Of a stretch of 64,000 nucleotides of DNA, positions 1-11,508 are shown one piece after another. The DNA is from an uncultured delta proteobacterium (GTDB taxonomy: Bacteria; Desulfobacterota; Desulfomonilia; UBA1062): positions 192,001-256,000 of the forward strand of contig CAWAUM010000007.1 in the NCBI GenBank assembly GCA_963785235.1, written 5' to 3'. Each line of letters starts with the position of its first letter. The first letter of the stretch is position 1. The notes under the pieces were generated by a model. That model was not told where the DNA came from. It worked only from the letters and a program-made list of their open reading frames with translations, and searched no databases. The position numbers and the translations under genes are program-made.

Positions 1-644
1 CTCTTCATGAGTTCCATTGCCTCGGGAACCTCAGGTACAAGGGGTATGGAGTTGAGTGCCATATGCTTGACCCGGTGGAGACGCTCTTCATCTTCAGGCC
101 CTTCGAAATCCACAAAGGGTTTCGTTGAAATAAGGGCTTTACCGGTCTCGGAGCCGGCCTCCACGAGAAAGTCGTTCCCTATGTCAAAGAGCTGGATATC
201 AAAACCCTGTTTGGCATAAGGACCGCTATGGGTTGTGGTGCAGAAGCACGTCTCGTTCTGGGGCCAGCTGCAGGCATGAACCACAATGACGGTGTTATCC
301 GTATGTGCCTTGAAATAATCATCGTTTAAATCCCTGCTGAAAAAGCTCCTTGCCTGGAGTATGCCCGTCATATCACACGCCCTGATACCGAAAAGGAGCA
401 CGCGATTTTTTGAGAGCACCGGGGTGAATTCCCCGCCTTCCACCTTAAAGATGGTCTCACTTTGGGGCAGGAATGAAGATTTCATGGGCATGGGGGGTTT
501 GCGGTATTCCAGCGTGAAGGTATCCGGGTCAAAGGTGTCGAAGACACAGTCACCCTGTTCTTTGAGGGTAGGGCTCAAGATGGAATACGAGCTTGACCAC
601 GTGCGCAGGACATGGACGACATCTTTTTTAGCGATAATCTTCAT
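1..644 (-). CDS. Sulfhydrogenase beta / AsrA-like Fe-S subunit (runs off the window start; absent from the ORF track)
   Basis: Manual translation from ATG 644 (overlaps the fdh stop as ATGA, GGAGG RBS): MKIIAKKDVVHVLRTW...PMKSSFLPQSE...LLFGIRACDMTG...VVHAC...TCFCTTTHSGP...FDIQL, matching HydB/AsrA N-terminal motifs (FGIRxCD, CFC). Confidence 0.8.
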   Translation of the reverse strand, partial: MKIIAKKDVVHVLRTWSSSYSILSPTLKEQGDCVFDTFDPDTFTLEYRKPPMPMKSSFLPQSETIFKVEGGEFTPVLSKNRVLLFGIRACDMTGILQARSFFSRDLNDDYFKAHTDNTVIVVHACSWPQNETCFCTTTHSGPYAKQGFDIQLFDIGNDFLVEAGSETGKALISTKPFVDFEGPEDEERLHRVKHMALNSIPLVPEVPEAMELMK

Positions 645-2680
645 GAGCACCTCCTGATCTTGACCGAGCACCCTTTCAGCTCGGGGATCTCCGAAACAGG
701 GTCAAAGGCGGAGTTCGTGAGCTTATTAACCGGGGCCTCCCAGAAGTGGAATGTGGTGAAGAGGACCCTCTTGGGCACTTTTGAAGTAATCTCCGCCTTG
801 AGCTGGAGGGCACCCCTGCGGGATTCCACCTCAACCATGTCTTTGTTTCTTATACCGAGCTTCTTGGCGTCTTCGGGATTGATCTCCAGCAGGGCCTCCG
901 GGGCCTCACGTTCCAGTATGTCGCTGCGCCTTGACATGGTGCCTGTGTGGAACTGGTAATAGACCCGGCCGGTAATGAGGGTGAAATCATACTCCTCGTC
1001 CGTCATTTCTGCTGCGGGTTTATACTCGCACGGCAGGAACGATCCCTTTCCCTTGGTGAACTGGTCTTTGTGGAGGAAGACCGTGCCCGGGTGATCTTCA
1101 TTGGGGCAAGGCCACTGAAGGCCATATCCCTTTGCCAGACGGGAATAGGTGATACCTGCATACGATGGGGTCAGCCTGTTGATCTCAGCCATGATGTCGG
1201 CAGGTGAGCTGTAATCGGATTTCAGGCCGCACCTCTTCGAGAGCTCAGAGATGATTTCCCAGTCCGCGCGTGCCTGCCCGGGAGGTGATACGGCCTTGCG
1301 GGAGAGCTGGACCCTTCTCTCCGTGTTGCTGTAGGTGCCTTCCTTTTCTGCAAAGGCTGCGGCCGGCAGCACTACGTCGGCAAGGGCTGCTGTTTCCGTG
1401 AGGAAGATATCCTGTACGACCAGGAAATCCAGGTTGGAGAGTGAATGCTCGATATGGGTTGTATCCGGGTCGGAGAGCAGCGGGTTTTCCCCCATGACGT
1501 ACAGCGCCTTCAGGCCGCCTTTGTGGGCGGCTTCCATCATGCCGGTGATGGTAAGGCCGGGTTTTGTGTCAAGACCTTGCACACCCCAGGCATCCTCAAA
1601 CTTTTTTACCGTGGCCGGATCATTCACCCGCTGATACCCTGAAAATACCCCGGGGAGGCCGCCCATGTCGCAGGCCCCCTGCACGTTGTTCTGGCCCCTG
1701 AGAGGATTTACCCCGTTGGCATGCCTGCCCACGTGTCCGGTGAGCATGGAGAGGTTGGCCAGGGTCTTCACATTGTCGGTTCCGGTGATGTGCTGGGTTA
1801 TACCCATGGCATAGACGATCATGGCCTTGTCCGCCTGGGCGTACATGACTGCTGCGCGATAGAGATCTGCCGAGCGTATGCCGGTGATCTGCTCCACCAC
1901 CTTCGGGGTATACCTGCTCACCAGGGACTTCAATGCATCGAAGCCCTCGGTCCTTGTCTCGACGAACTGCTTGTCATGGAGGTCTTCTGAGATGATGATG
2001 TTCATAAGACCATTGTATAGCGCTACATCGGTACCGAAGTTCTGCTTCAGATGGAGCTTGGCATAGAAAGACAGCGGTATCTCCCTCGGGTCTATGAGGA
2101 GGATCTTGGCGCCTTTTTCCACCACTGCGTTTATTATCCGGATTCCGATGAGCGGATGCTGTTCCGTGGTATTTGATCCGGTTACCAAGAAGAGGTCGGC
2201 ATCTTCGAACTCGGCTATGGAGTTCGTCATGGCGCCTGATCCGAATGTTGCGGCCAGACCGGCCACAGTGGCGCTGTGTCAAAGCCGGGCACAGTGGTCG
2301 ACATTGTTCGTCTTGAATCCTGCGCGGACCATCTTCATGAAGAGGTAGTTCTCTTCATTGGTCACCTTGGCAGAGGAGAGGAAGCCCAACGAGTTCGGGC
2401 CGGACTTGTCACTGATATCGGTAAGTCTTGAATACACAAGATCAAGGGCCTCTTTCCAGGTGCTTTCAACAAGTTCGCCGTCCTTCCTGACCAGAGGCGT
2501 TTTCAACCTCGCAGGAGAGCCGATGAACTCGAAGGAGTTCCATCCCTTGGCGCAGAGCATTCCTTTATTCACCGGATTACCCGGATTGGGCTCTACGCCG
2601 ACAACCTTAACTCCATCCGTTACGAGATAGAAATTGCATCCGCACCCGCAGAACGGGCATATGGTAGGGATTTTTGCCAT
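641..2680 (-). CDS. fdhF: Formate dehydrogenase alpha subunit, selenocysteine-containing (FdhF/FdhA-like, no Tat signal)
   Basis: ORFs 2279-2776 and 641-2266 are in frame across TGA 2279-2281: VDHCARL-U-HSATVAGL. N-terminal CPFCGCGC Fe-S motif, LRGQNNVQGACDMG motif, C-terminal molybdopterin dinucleotide domain. AAGGAGG RBS before ATG 2680. Confidence 0.95.
2249..2281 (-). other. Sec UGA codon with bacterial SECIS hairpin
   Basis: Minus strand reads TGA CAC AGC GCC AC-TGTGGCC GGTCT GGCCGCA: stem with a GGUCU loop at the same position as the E. coli fdhF SECIS. Confidence 0.8.
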
Positions 2681-2682
2681 GG

Positions 2683-3525
2683 CTATATGGCCTCCTTTAT
2701 GTGCTCGACCTCGGTAAGGTTGAAGACCGGGCCATCGGTGCAGCAGTACATGTTTCCAATGGCGCAGTGCCCGCATTTACCGACACCGCATTTCATCATG
2801 CGCTCCAGCGACATGTAGATATGTTCTTTGGAAAAACCGAGCCTTATGAGTTTTTCCACCACGAAGCGGTACATGACCGGAGGGCCGCACAAGACGGCAT
2901 AGGTATCTTCAGGAGACAGCGCCGTGCGGTCAAACAGCCCCGTCACCACACCCACATACTGTTTCCAGATGCCCTCTTCGTCGCGGTCCACGCTGTAGAG
3001 GTACTTGATGTCTTCCCTGTCGAAAAAGCTCAAGAGCTCATACTTGAAGAGCACATTTTCCGGGCTGTTGGTCCCGTACATGAGGATGAGATCGCCGAAC
3101 TCGCTCCGTCTGTCCAGGACATACAGCAGCAGGGAACGCAAAGGGGCAAGCCCCAGGCCACCGGCAACGAGGAGAAGATTGTGCCCTTTTAACGTTTCTA
3201 CCGGAAAGCCTCTGCCATAGGGACCACGTATGTGCAGCTTTGATCCCTTGCCCATCTCAAACAGGGCATCTGTCAGCTTTCCTGAGCGCCGCACACAGAT
3301 CTCCAGCGTGTCACACCGGGTGGGGGGGGACGATATGCTGATGGGTGCCTCTCCCTTGCCGAAGATGGAGACTTCAATGAACTGGCCCGGTTGATGACCG
3401 AACTCATCCCAGGTGCAGCCGTTGTCCAGCTTGAGCTGAAAAAGCCGGTGATCGGTTATCTGTGGCAATGTCCTTGCAATGGTCACGGGTCGCAGTTCAT
3501 ACATGTTCTGCGAGTGATCGCCCAT
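2683..3525 (-). CDS. Sulfhydrogenase gamma / AsrB-like FAD/NAD(P)-binding [2Fe-2S] subunit
   Basis: PGQFIEVS, GEAPISISS, IRGPYGRGF, VAGGLGLAPLRS, CGPPVM and MKCGVGKCGHC...CTDGPVF motifs; GAGGAGG RBS before ATG 3525. Confidence 0.9.
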   Translation of the reverse strand: MGDHSQNMYELRPVTIARTLPQITDHRLFQLKLDNGCTWDEFGHQPGQFIEVSIFGKGEAPISISSPPTRCDTLEICVRRSGKLTDALFEMGKGSKLHIRGPYGRGFPVETLKGHNLLLVAGGLGLAPLRSLLLYVLDRRSEFGDLILMYGTNSPENVLFKYELLSFFDREDIKYLYSVDRDEEGIWKQYVGVVTGLFDRTALSPEDTYAVLCGPPVMYRFVVEKLIRLGFSKEHIYMSLERMMKCGVGKCGHCAIGNMYCCTDGPVFNLTEVEHIKEAI

Positions 3526-3577
3526 ATGGACCTCCTCAAGTCTAGGGTGGGCTGAAAAATCAGCTGGCATTCTTAAG

Positions 3578-3592
3578 GCAATTTCAATACCA
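3578..3592 (-). promoter_or_regulatory. Sigma54 (-24/-12) promoter for the gamma-fdh-beta operon
   Basis: Minus strand TGGTAT-TGAAA-TTGC, about 50 bp upstream of the start codon. Confidence 0.65.
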
Positions 3593-3815
3593 TCTGTTTA
3601 ACTATTTGTAATTGTGGATAAAATGGTGTTGACCAATGAGATAATCACGAAGAGGTGGGGTATCTTTCCCCAGGGGTGGGGAGGAATTACCCTGATTGGC
3701 AGGGGTATTGATGAAGGGGGGGATTGTAAAAGACCGAGATTGTAATTTTTGTGAGATTCAGATGGCCTTAAGCATGAAAATCATAATGGCCATGAAATTA
3801 TTTTTTAAAACCAGG

Positions 3816-3901
3816 TCCGTTCAAATCAGTCATCTTGCAGCCTTAGGAGAATGCTAATTTTCCCGATCCTTAAAGGCTGCAAGATGACTGATTTGAACGG
3901 A
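3816..3901. repeat. Perfect 29-bp inverted repeat (terminator-like hairpin or small palindromic element)
   Basis: tccgttcaaatcagtcatcttgcagcctt (3816-3844) and its exact reverse complement (3873-3901). Confidence 0.9.
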
Positions 3902-3945
3902 TCAATTTTTATATATCTAAATACAATATCCGGGATAAGGTCTCT

Positions 3946-6597
3946 TCATTCTACCCACTCGCCCAACCCGTCATCTTCTTTTTTGGGCGCTCCGGTCTTC
4001 ACCGGGATGATCTTTCTGTATACTTCTTTCGGGGATCTTTTTTTGTCCGCAACCGTTAAAAGCCGATCGATGGTAATACCGAAAAGTTTTTCATTTTCTT
4101 CAAGATACGGCTCGATCAGATTCCAGTCCGCCTCGGTAATTTCTACAAACTCTCCGCCGTTGAGCTGCTCGTCCACGAGTTTTTTGTTGCGGATCCCGCA
4201 CATAAATCGCGCCGCCGGAGGCAAGGGAAAATATATTGGATACCGGGATAGGGCGAGTCATATTCCCGGATCGAACCGTCATTATCATCGAAACCGATGC
4301 CGTTGAGGACAACAAAGCCGCCGCCTTTGAGCGGATCACCGGCCATGAACGATTCGGCAAGATAGTCCAGAGCGGTGCCATTGATGACGACCCGCGGCTT
4401 GCCCACGGCATTGATCAAAGGCCGTCCCGCCGCGTTTCCCATGATATAGGCCGTGCCGCCTTTGGCGCCGTACATGAATGTCTGGCCGACATCGCCATAA
4501 CACCACGAGTTTGCCTTCTTTCATAATCTGGCAAAGCTGATCCTGGGCATTGCCGTGAACATAAATCTCCATGCCGTCAATGCCCGAGGCGAGATAATCG
4601 CCTGAGGCGCCGTAGACATCAATCCGTACATCCTTTGTTGCCGGACCGAATCCGCAGCCGGTAAACCGCTGGCCGCGGTATTTGTAGACAATGAACCGTT
4701 TCCAGCCAAGCTTGAAGGCGGCTTACGATCATCACCGCATCGCAATTATCGCCTTCCGGCTCAAAATGTTCGGCATCAATGATCAGGGTTTTTTCATTCT
4801 TCTTCGGTGCGCGCAGTTGATCGCGGCGTAGCAAAATCAATCCGGCAGAACCGGGAATTTGATCATTTCCGATAATCAGTGGTGTGTGTCGCAAAAATTT
4901 CATCCAGGTTGATTTTCAGAACATGCTGCACGGAACTTCTTTTTATCGTGCCGGTATTGAATCTCCGGTCATTTAAAAGAGTCAGGGCATCGATGGCCGT
5001 ATGCTTGAAGTCATCATTTTTCAGGGCATAATCTTTGATGGTTTCAATGCAAACCTGAGACTGTTCGGCATTAAATCCGCACGATGTTGTCCTTGACATA
5101 GGTAAATAATTTATCGGCCGCGGCTGCAGTATCATTTTCGGCAAACAAAGCGTCAAGCTTTTCTTCTATCGGTTTGCATTCATCCGTAACCGTTATCTTT
5201 TTCGAGACATCACAGGTTACCTTGTCTTTGGGGGTTTCAATCACCTTGCCGAATTTGTCGGTACAAATAAGTTTCATGTTTCCCAACCGTCTGCGGTATC
5301 TTTCAGGCTGAAAATAAAGGAGCCGCCATCGGTATAGCTGCCGCCGCGGGCATTCCAGTATTTATCGGCAATGGGCCCGAAACGCGGATCTTCCCTTTCC
5401 AGAGAAATCAGCGTCGCATCAATGGCCTGCTTTTCCGAACAGATCAGACCGATCTGGACTTCGCCTTCCTGCAGGGCAAAAACCTGGGGGCGCAGCATGG
5501 CGGTATCGGTAATGCCGATCAGCTGGAATTGATCATTTTTAACGTCATTTCTCGCAATGATAAAGAACCACGGTCCATCGGGTGATGCATTGACATGATG
5601 GGTCTGAATGGCTTTATACAGCTCCTGCTTATCGGCAGGCAGCATATCAAAGTCCATTTCCGAAGTCGGCGCCATGGCCTCAATCAGGTATTCCAGCGGA
5701 TATTTATAGACCCTGCTCCACAAATCCAGCAGCAGCGCCGCTTCTTCCGTATCGGTCAGAAACAGGGGGTAATAGTTGCGCTGTTTGAGATATTCATTGA
5801 CCGACTGATAATTGGCAAAGTCACCGTTATGCACCAGCGCTTCATTGAGCGCGCTAAACGGATGGCAGCCGCCCGGATGCCAGACACGGCCGCGGGTCGG
5901 ATAGCGCTGGTGGGCCAGCCAGGCATGCGCCTTGAAGTCATCCAGTTTATAGTATCTGACGACATTTTCCGCATATCCCACGATTTTCAGGATCATCATG
6001 TTCCTGCCGTGCGACATGACAAAAGCCTTTTTCTCGCCAAGAGACGCGTAATATTGCGTGTTGATCTTAAAGCTGTTCTGATAGACAAACTCATCCTCGG
6101 CATCGCGCCTGTCCATGGATGAAAATTTGTTATCCGCAATGAATTTATCCAGGACATCATCCTTGACGCGCACAAAATAACGCATGATATCCGGAGGCCG
6201 GACATCCAGACCGATACTGCGATGATCATCAATGGTGGCGCAGCTTTTCCGATTTATCGATTTTAAAATAAGGTTTGATGAATGTGTTCTTCGATTTCAG
6301 TACGAAACGCTGCCATCCAGAAGAGCAATGTGCAGCATATAATCATCATCGAAGAACCTGTCTGGATACACCCATCGCTTCGGGAATAAAACCGACAGCG
6401 CCGATGCCGCCGCCTTTTCCATTGCCTCTGTTGTGCATCTGCGCGGATGGTTCGAAGATATTTTTTCCCGTCACAGGAATGGAACTGATAAATCCGGTGA
6501 CACCGCAGCCGCCTTCTTCTTCGGTGTTCAGGGCCAAGGGCGGCACCTGGCTGCAAATTTCAGCGCGTGATAGTAATATTTTTTCAACATTATCCAT
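3946..6597 (-). CDS. Glutamate synthase-related subunit: class II glutamine amidotransferase domain fused to GXGXG (GltB C-terminal) domain; multiply frameshifted in this consensus
   Basis: Fragments: EEEGGCGVTGF (propeptide plus Ntn Cys), MHNRGNGKGGG, AHQRYPT...HPF...LVHNGDFANY, TDTE, LRPQ, then GNAQDQ, YGAKGG, GNAAGRPLINAVG, ESFMAG, ASGGAIYVRDP. Confidence 0.8.
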
Positions 6598-6614
6598 TAT
6601 TAGCAAACTCCGCT

Positions 6615-8098
6615 TTATTTACTGTAATCTATATGCTCCAGCAAATCCGTCCGGCCGACAAGCTCTCTGACGCTCCTCATGCCGAACTTCTGCAGTATTT
6701 CCACAAGCTGGACATTCCAGGCATGGTACATGTTTGTCAGGCGCTGCGTCGCCCATTCCTCGTTAAACAGATCGGCCAGTTCCGAATCGGTGGAGGCAAT
6801 GCCCCGGGCACAGCCGCGTCCTGATTCACAGTTTCCGCAGCGGACACATTCCAGAGAAACCATTTCCGCCGTGCCGATAACCGCGCCGTCCGCGCCCAGG
6901 CAAATGGCTTTGGCCAGATCATGGGCGGTCCTGATGCCGCCGGAGGCAATGAGCGTCATCGCATCCCGGGCGCCCTCGTCCTTCAAGAAATTATGAACTT
7001 TGGTTATGGCATATTCTATGGGCATGGCGATGTTCTTTTTGGCAATGTCCGGCGCTGCGCCGGTGCCGCCGTATCCGCCGTCGATATGAATGATATGAGC
7101 GCCGGCATAGTATGAACCGACGGCAACCATATCCACATCGTTGGGTGTCGAAACCTTAACGGAAACCAGGGCATTGGGATTCATTTCTTTGATCCAGTCA
7201 ATATGCTTCTTGTGATCTTCGATGGAATACACCGAATGAAACGGAAAAGGTGAAAACAGAGAGGTGCCTTTGACCGCTTCCCGCATCCGGGCAACGCTCT
7301 CTGTATTTTTTTCACCCAGAAGATGTCCGCCGAGGCCGGGTTTTGCGCCCTGGGCGTATTTGAATTCCACTATTTTTACCCGCTGGATGGTTTCTTCGCG
7401 CACGCCGAACAGACCGGTGGCCACCTGAGTGATCACGTGGTCGTTATAAGGTTGAAGCATTTCCGGGTATCCGCCCTCACCGGTGCAGGTAAAGGTATTC
7501 CAGATAGTGGCGTTGTCGCGCCTTGGAAACCATGGTCGGCAGGCTGACCGATCCGAAGGACATGCCGCCGCCATAGACAGGGGTGGAAATGACAACATTG
7601 GCGCGGCCGTCATTTCTCCGGTTTAGGGGAATTTCCGTTGATATTTCAAACTTGTCAATTTTGGGCGGATCGGCGGGAAACTTGAACCGCAGCTTGTCAA
7701 AGCCGCCGCCGGAATTGCCCGATATTATATTCCAGATCCTTGCGTTCGGGCGGATATCCCGTTTCCGCCATGATCCAGGTTCCGGTAATCATGTCCGCCG
7801 TCCAGCGATAATCGCCGAGCGTTTCATACATGGGATTGAGCGAGAGGCTCAAAGCCTTGCGCGGGCATTTGGCCACGCAATAGAAATCGTTGTTCTTGCA
7901 TTCAAACCCGATGCATTTATAGTCGATCGGCGGGCTCATCTTGTTGTGCCCTTCCAGTCTTTCATGAACTCCGTAGGGGCATGACTTGGCGCAAGTACCG
8001 CAGTTGATGCAGGCGTCGGACCGGGTGACTTTATATTTCGGCACCTGATGCTTGAACCGCGAAGGCATTTTTTTAATTTTTACAGTTGATGGTTTCAT
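6615..8098 (-). CDS. FMN-binding glutamate synthase family subunit with N-terminal and C-terminal Fe-S motifs (frameshifted near 7560-7700)
   Basis: CINCGTCAKSCP ferredoxin motif; TQVATGLFGV, EFKYAQGAKPGLGGHL, VSVKV, IDGGYGGTGAA, ASGGIR, CVRCGNCESGRGCARGIAS. Confidence 0.85.
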
Positions 8099-9515
8099 AT
8101 GTTTGCTGCTTCTCTTTTTTTAAATAGTTTTCCAAAAGTGTCATTATCGATTTCTTCAAAGAAGATCGCTCTGCCGGTTTCACCGCGCAGACGGCGTGCT
8201 TCACGGATACCCATGGCGCCCATGACCTCCAGAAGCTGCGAATGCCAGGCGCCCATGAGGTTAACGATTCTCTGCATTACGGTGCGCACCGGCAATTTTT
8301 TCCAGTCCTTCGGGGAAAACCAGTAATTTTTCCGGCTCTTCATACAATCTGGCGCCCAGCGCGATGAGCAGCGGCAAATCAATTGCCGTCAAATCCGCGC
8401 CGCAGAGCATGGCCTTGGGCACATGTTCGGCCATGGCGATTCCGCCGGAGAACAATAATGGTGACTTCATCGCGGATTCTGTCTTCCACCAGCTTCAGAT
8501 GCACGGCCCGGATAATATCCTTGACCAGACGGCGGTTTGTCGATGTCTCGCTGCATCATTCTCCATGCCGCGATAATCGGCCACGACATGGATGATCTCC
8601 GCGCCGCTTTGTGCCAGCTTGGAAACAATGGTTTCCACAGTCTTGCGTTGCCGGAACGCGAATGATGGTCAGGGCATTGTTTACTTTTTTTAATTTTATC
8701 CTGAAGTGCAGGTAAAGTCATTTAACATTTCATCGTTATAATCAAGCGCTACAATTCTTGCATTTTTGATCAATGCCTGATGTTTATCAATTTCTTTATG
8801 AGAAATTAAGGGGATGATGTTTTTCATGATATTTTTCAAGCATCCGAGGTAATACTGATCCGCCGGCAAGACGATAAAGGTGTTGAGTTCCGCGGCCGCT
8901 CTGACAAGAGCTGTCTTAACATTCGGGCTCAAATCTGCCTTAGGAAAATCAAAGATGATGGGAATCGGAATATCAATGGTATCATGAATTTTTGACAGTA
9001 ATTTGCCGTTTTCATCAAATGCCAGATGATTGAGTTTTCTGCCCAGTTCAACGGAGGTGCTGATATATTCCCGTCCATGAATTCCGTCGCGTGTCGGGCG
9101 GACGATTTCCGACATGTCGGTCCACATGCTGTCAAAACCCGGTCCGGTAAACGGCCCGCGGTAACCGGCGCCGGTAACCGGAACCTTGCCATCCTCCGCC
9201 TGCTTCCATAAAGTAATAAACATATCGGACTTCCAGTAGGATCCGCCGATATTTAGAAAGTCCTTATCCAGGGATTTTTCCAGAGCTCCCCGCGGGACAT
9301 TCCTGAATGCACCGGAAGCAGTTTCTGCAGACCACCGTGTTCGGGTCAGCCATTTTCCGCGGATCGTCTTTCTCCCGTTTATGCGCTTCATAAATGCACA
9401 CTTTGGTGCACTTGCCGCAGTTAATGCAGTTTTCTCCCCGCTCAATCTTGAATTTGTACACATAATCCAGATCAAGCGGCGTTACTTTTGTGTGAATGTG
9501 ATATTTCTTTGGCAT
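8095..9515 (-). CDS. Second, divergent glutamate synthase FMN-domain-related subunit with N-terminal ferredoxin (frameshifted)
   Basis: CINCGKCTKVC...CRNCFRCIQECP; GFDSMWTDMSEIVRPTRDGIHGREYIST; SGGIAMAEHVPKAMLCGAD; EVMGAMGIREARRLRGE. Confidence 0.75.
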
Positions 9516-9559
9516 AGTCTTTATTCATCTTTTTTTAATGTAGTTTATTTATAGGGGTT

Positions 9560-11409
9560 TCAGTTATTCCGTTCCACCATGTCCCAGTATTCCTTGCTGT
9601 CGTCAACTTTTTTCAGAAATTCATTAATCTTATCTTCCGGCCGGCCGAATTTGCCTTCCATCCTTTTTTCCAGCGCATCCCAGAGCATCATCAGTTCGAG
9701 ATTGGTCTGGCATATTTCCTCGCAGGCCTTTGCAATGCATGCACATAAATACATTTTCGCTTCTTCTGCGTCACTGTCTTTGCCTTCAATGAGCTTTTTG
9801 GCCAGAGCAATTTTTCCTTTCGCGGTTACTTCTTCATTCTTCGTGACAAGATATGCCGGGCATACCGCAATGCAGTTTCCGCATTTGGCGCAGGCATGGG
9901 TGGTCAGCTCGAAATCGAGGCTGTCGATCTTTCTCATCCTTTCCCAGAAGCAACGTCGCCAATTTTACCGATGACCGGTGACAGCAGAATCAGCAGATTC
10001 ATGGAAAAGCTGAAAACTGCCGGATGGAAAATAAGTGCGGAGATCCCATTTGAATTGATGCCGAAGAATTTGCCCGGATTCATGATATTATTCGGATCAA
10101 CCTTTGCTTTGTATGCCTTCAGGTCTCTTGTTTTTCTCTGCTGTACAGATAATTGATAAAGGCCGCATTCCAGATGCCCAAGCCCATAGGGTTCGGCTCC
10201 CAATGAAACAGCCGTCTTGGTAAGCATGGAAACCAGGGGCAAATTAATATAATATTTCTTGTTCCTGGAGTCGCAAAGGAAATTGGTCATGATGAGCGCC
10301 ATGTTTATCATCAATGATATAAGAATCGATGAATATTTCCACGCCAAAACGGCTGCCCAGTTTCTTTGCCTTTTCAATAAAGGCCGCGGCTGCATTGGCA
10401 ATGGGGATAATGATTTCACTTGCCAGAATGGTCGGTCCCAGGCGTTTTGTTTTCATGCCGAACAGACGCTCATTCCACAAATAACTGGCAACATAGCGGG
10501 GCGCTTCTTCAATGCCTGGATTCTGTGCCATGTATTTCACAAATTGTTCTTCATCCAGGGCTGCCGAATTCCATCAGAACGCCGGCGCTCTTCTTGAATA
10601 TGCCGGCATGCATGATTTCGTTGATGTCGTTCAGATGATTTTCATCCAGAAAACGGATGACGTTTGGGTTCAGGCTTTTCTGTGGACTGTTTTTAAGAAA
10701 TTTTCGATGAACGCGAAGGCCTCTTTGTCGCCAGGGAAATAAAGAAGATGTGATATGACGCCTGGGGAACATCCCGCAGTTTCAGCGTTGACCTCAACCA
10801 TGATGCCGAACTCGCCTTCTGTAGATACGAAGTAGCTGAAATCCTTGTCACAAGGGGATAATTTCCTTGAGTTCGCCCGCGCCGTGATAACCTTCATGGA
10901 CACAATCTGTTTGGTAAGTGGCCGTACTGGAAGCTGTTGATGCCGTAACCGCCGGTGGAAATCCAGCCGGCGACCGTGGAAAACTTGCTTGAAGGATAGG
11001 TCATCAGACACAAGCCCTCTTTTTTTGCCAGAATATCAATATCGCTCCACCTTGCCCCCGCTTCCACGGTCATGGTCTTTTGCTGCTGTGTTGAGTTCCA
11101 GAATTTTTCTGAAAGGAGACAAATCAATGACGATCCCGGCATTTGTCGGGAATGACCCCGCCGAATCCCCACGATGCCGCGCCTCTTGGTATAACGGGAA
11201 TTTTCTTCTCATTGGCAAACGCCAGGACTTTTTTTATCTCGTCGATAGTTTTTAGGCTGGACGACAAAATCAGGTTGCGTTTTAAAAAAGGTCTTGGTCA
11301 TGATCGGAGGGACATCGCCGATGTCATGGCTGTACATTTCTTTTTCTTCCGCTTTGTCGATAATTTTGATATCGCCCGCAATTTTTTTGAATTCTTCTAC
11401 AAGTTTCAT
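9560..11409 (-). CDS. FAD-linked oxidase/dehydrogenase (GlcD/D-lactate dehydrogenase-like) with C-terminal 4Fe-4S dicluster (multiply frameshifted)
   Basis: PDFVVQP, TVEAG, YPSSKFSTVAGWISTGGYG, STEGEFG, KVDPNNIMNPGKF, CAKCGNCIAVCP motifs spread over successive frames. Confidence 0.75.
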
Positions 11410-11508
11410 AGTTTATCTGTCTCTTCCGTTGCTATATTTTAAGTGTTAAGTCAGATCCCTCATCTCTAACTGCACACACAAACACAACGGTGTGTTGCAT
11501 CTATCAAA

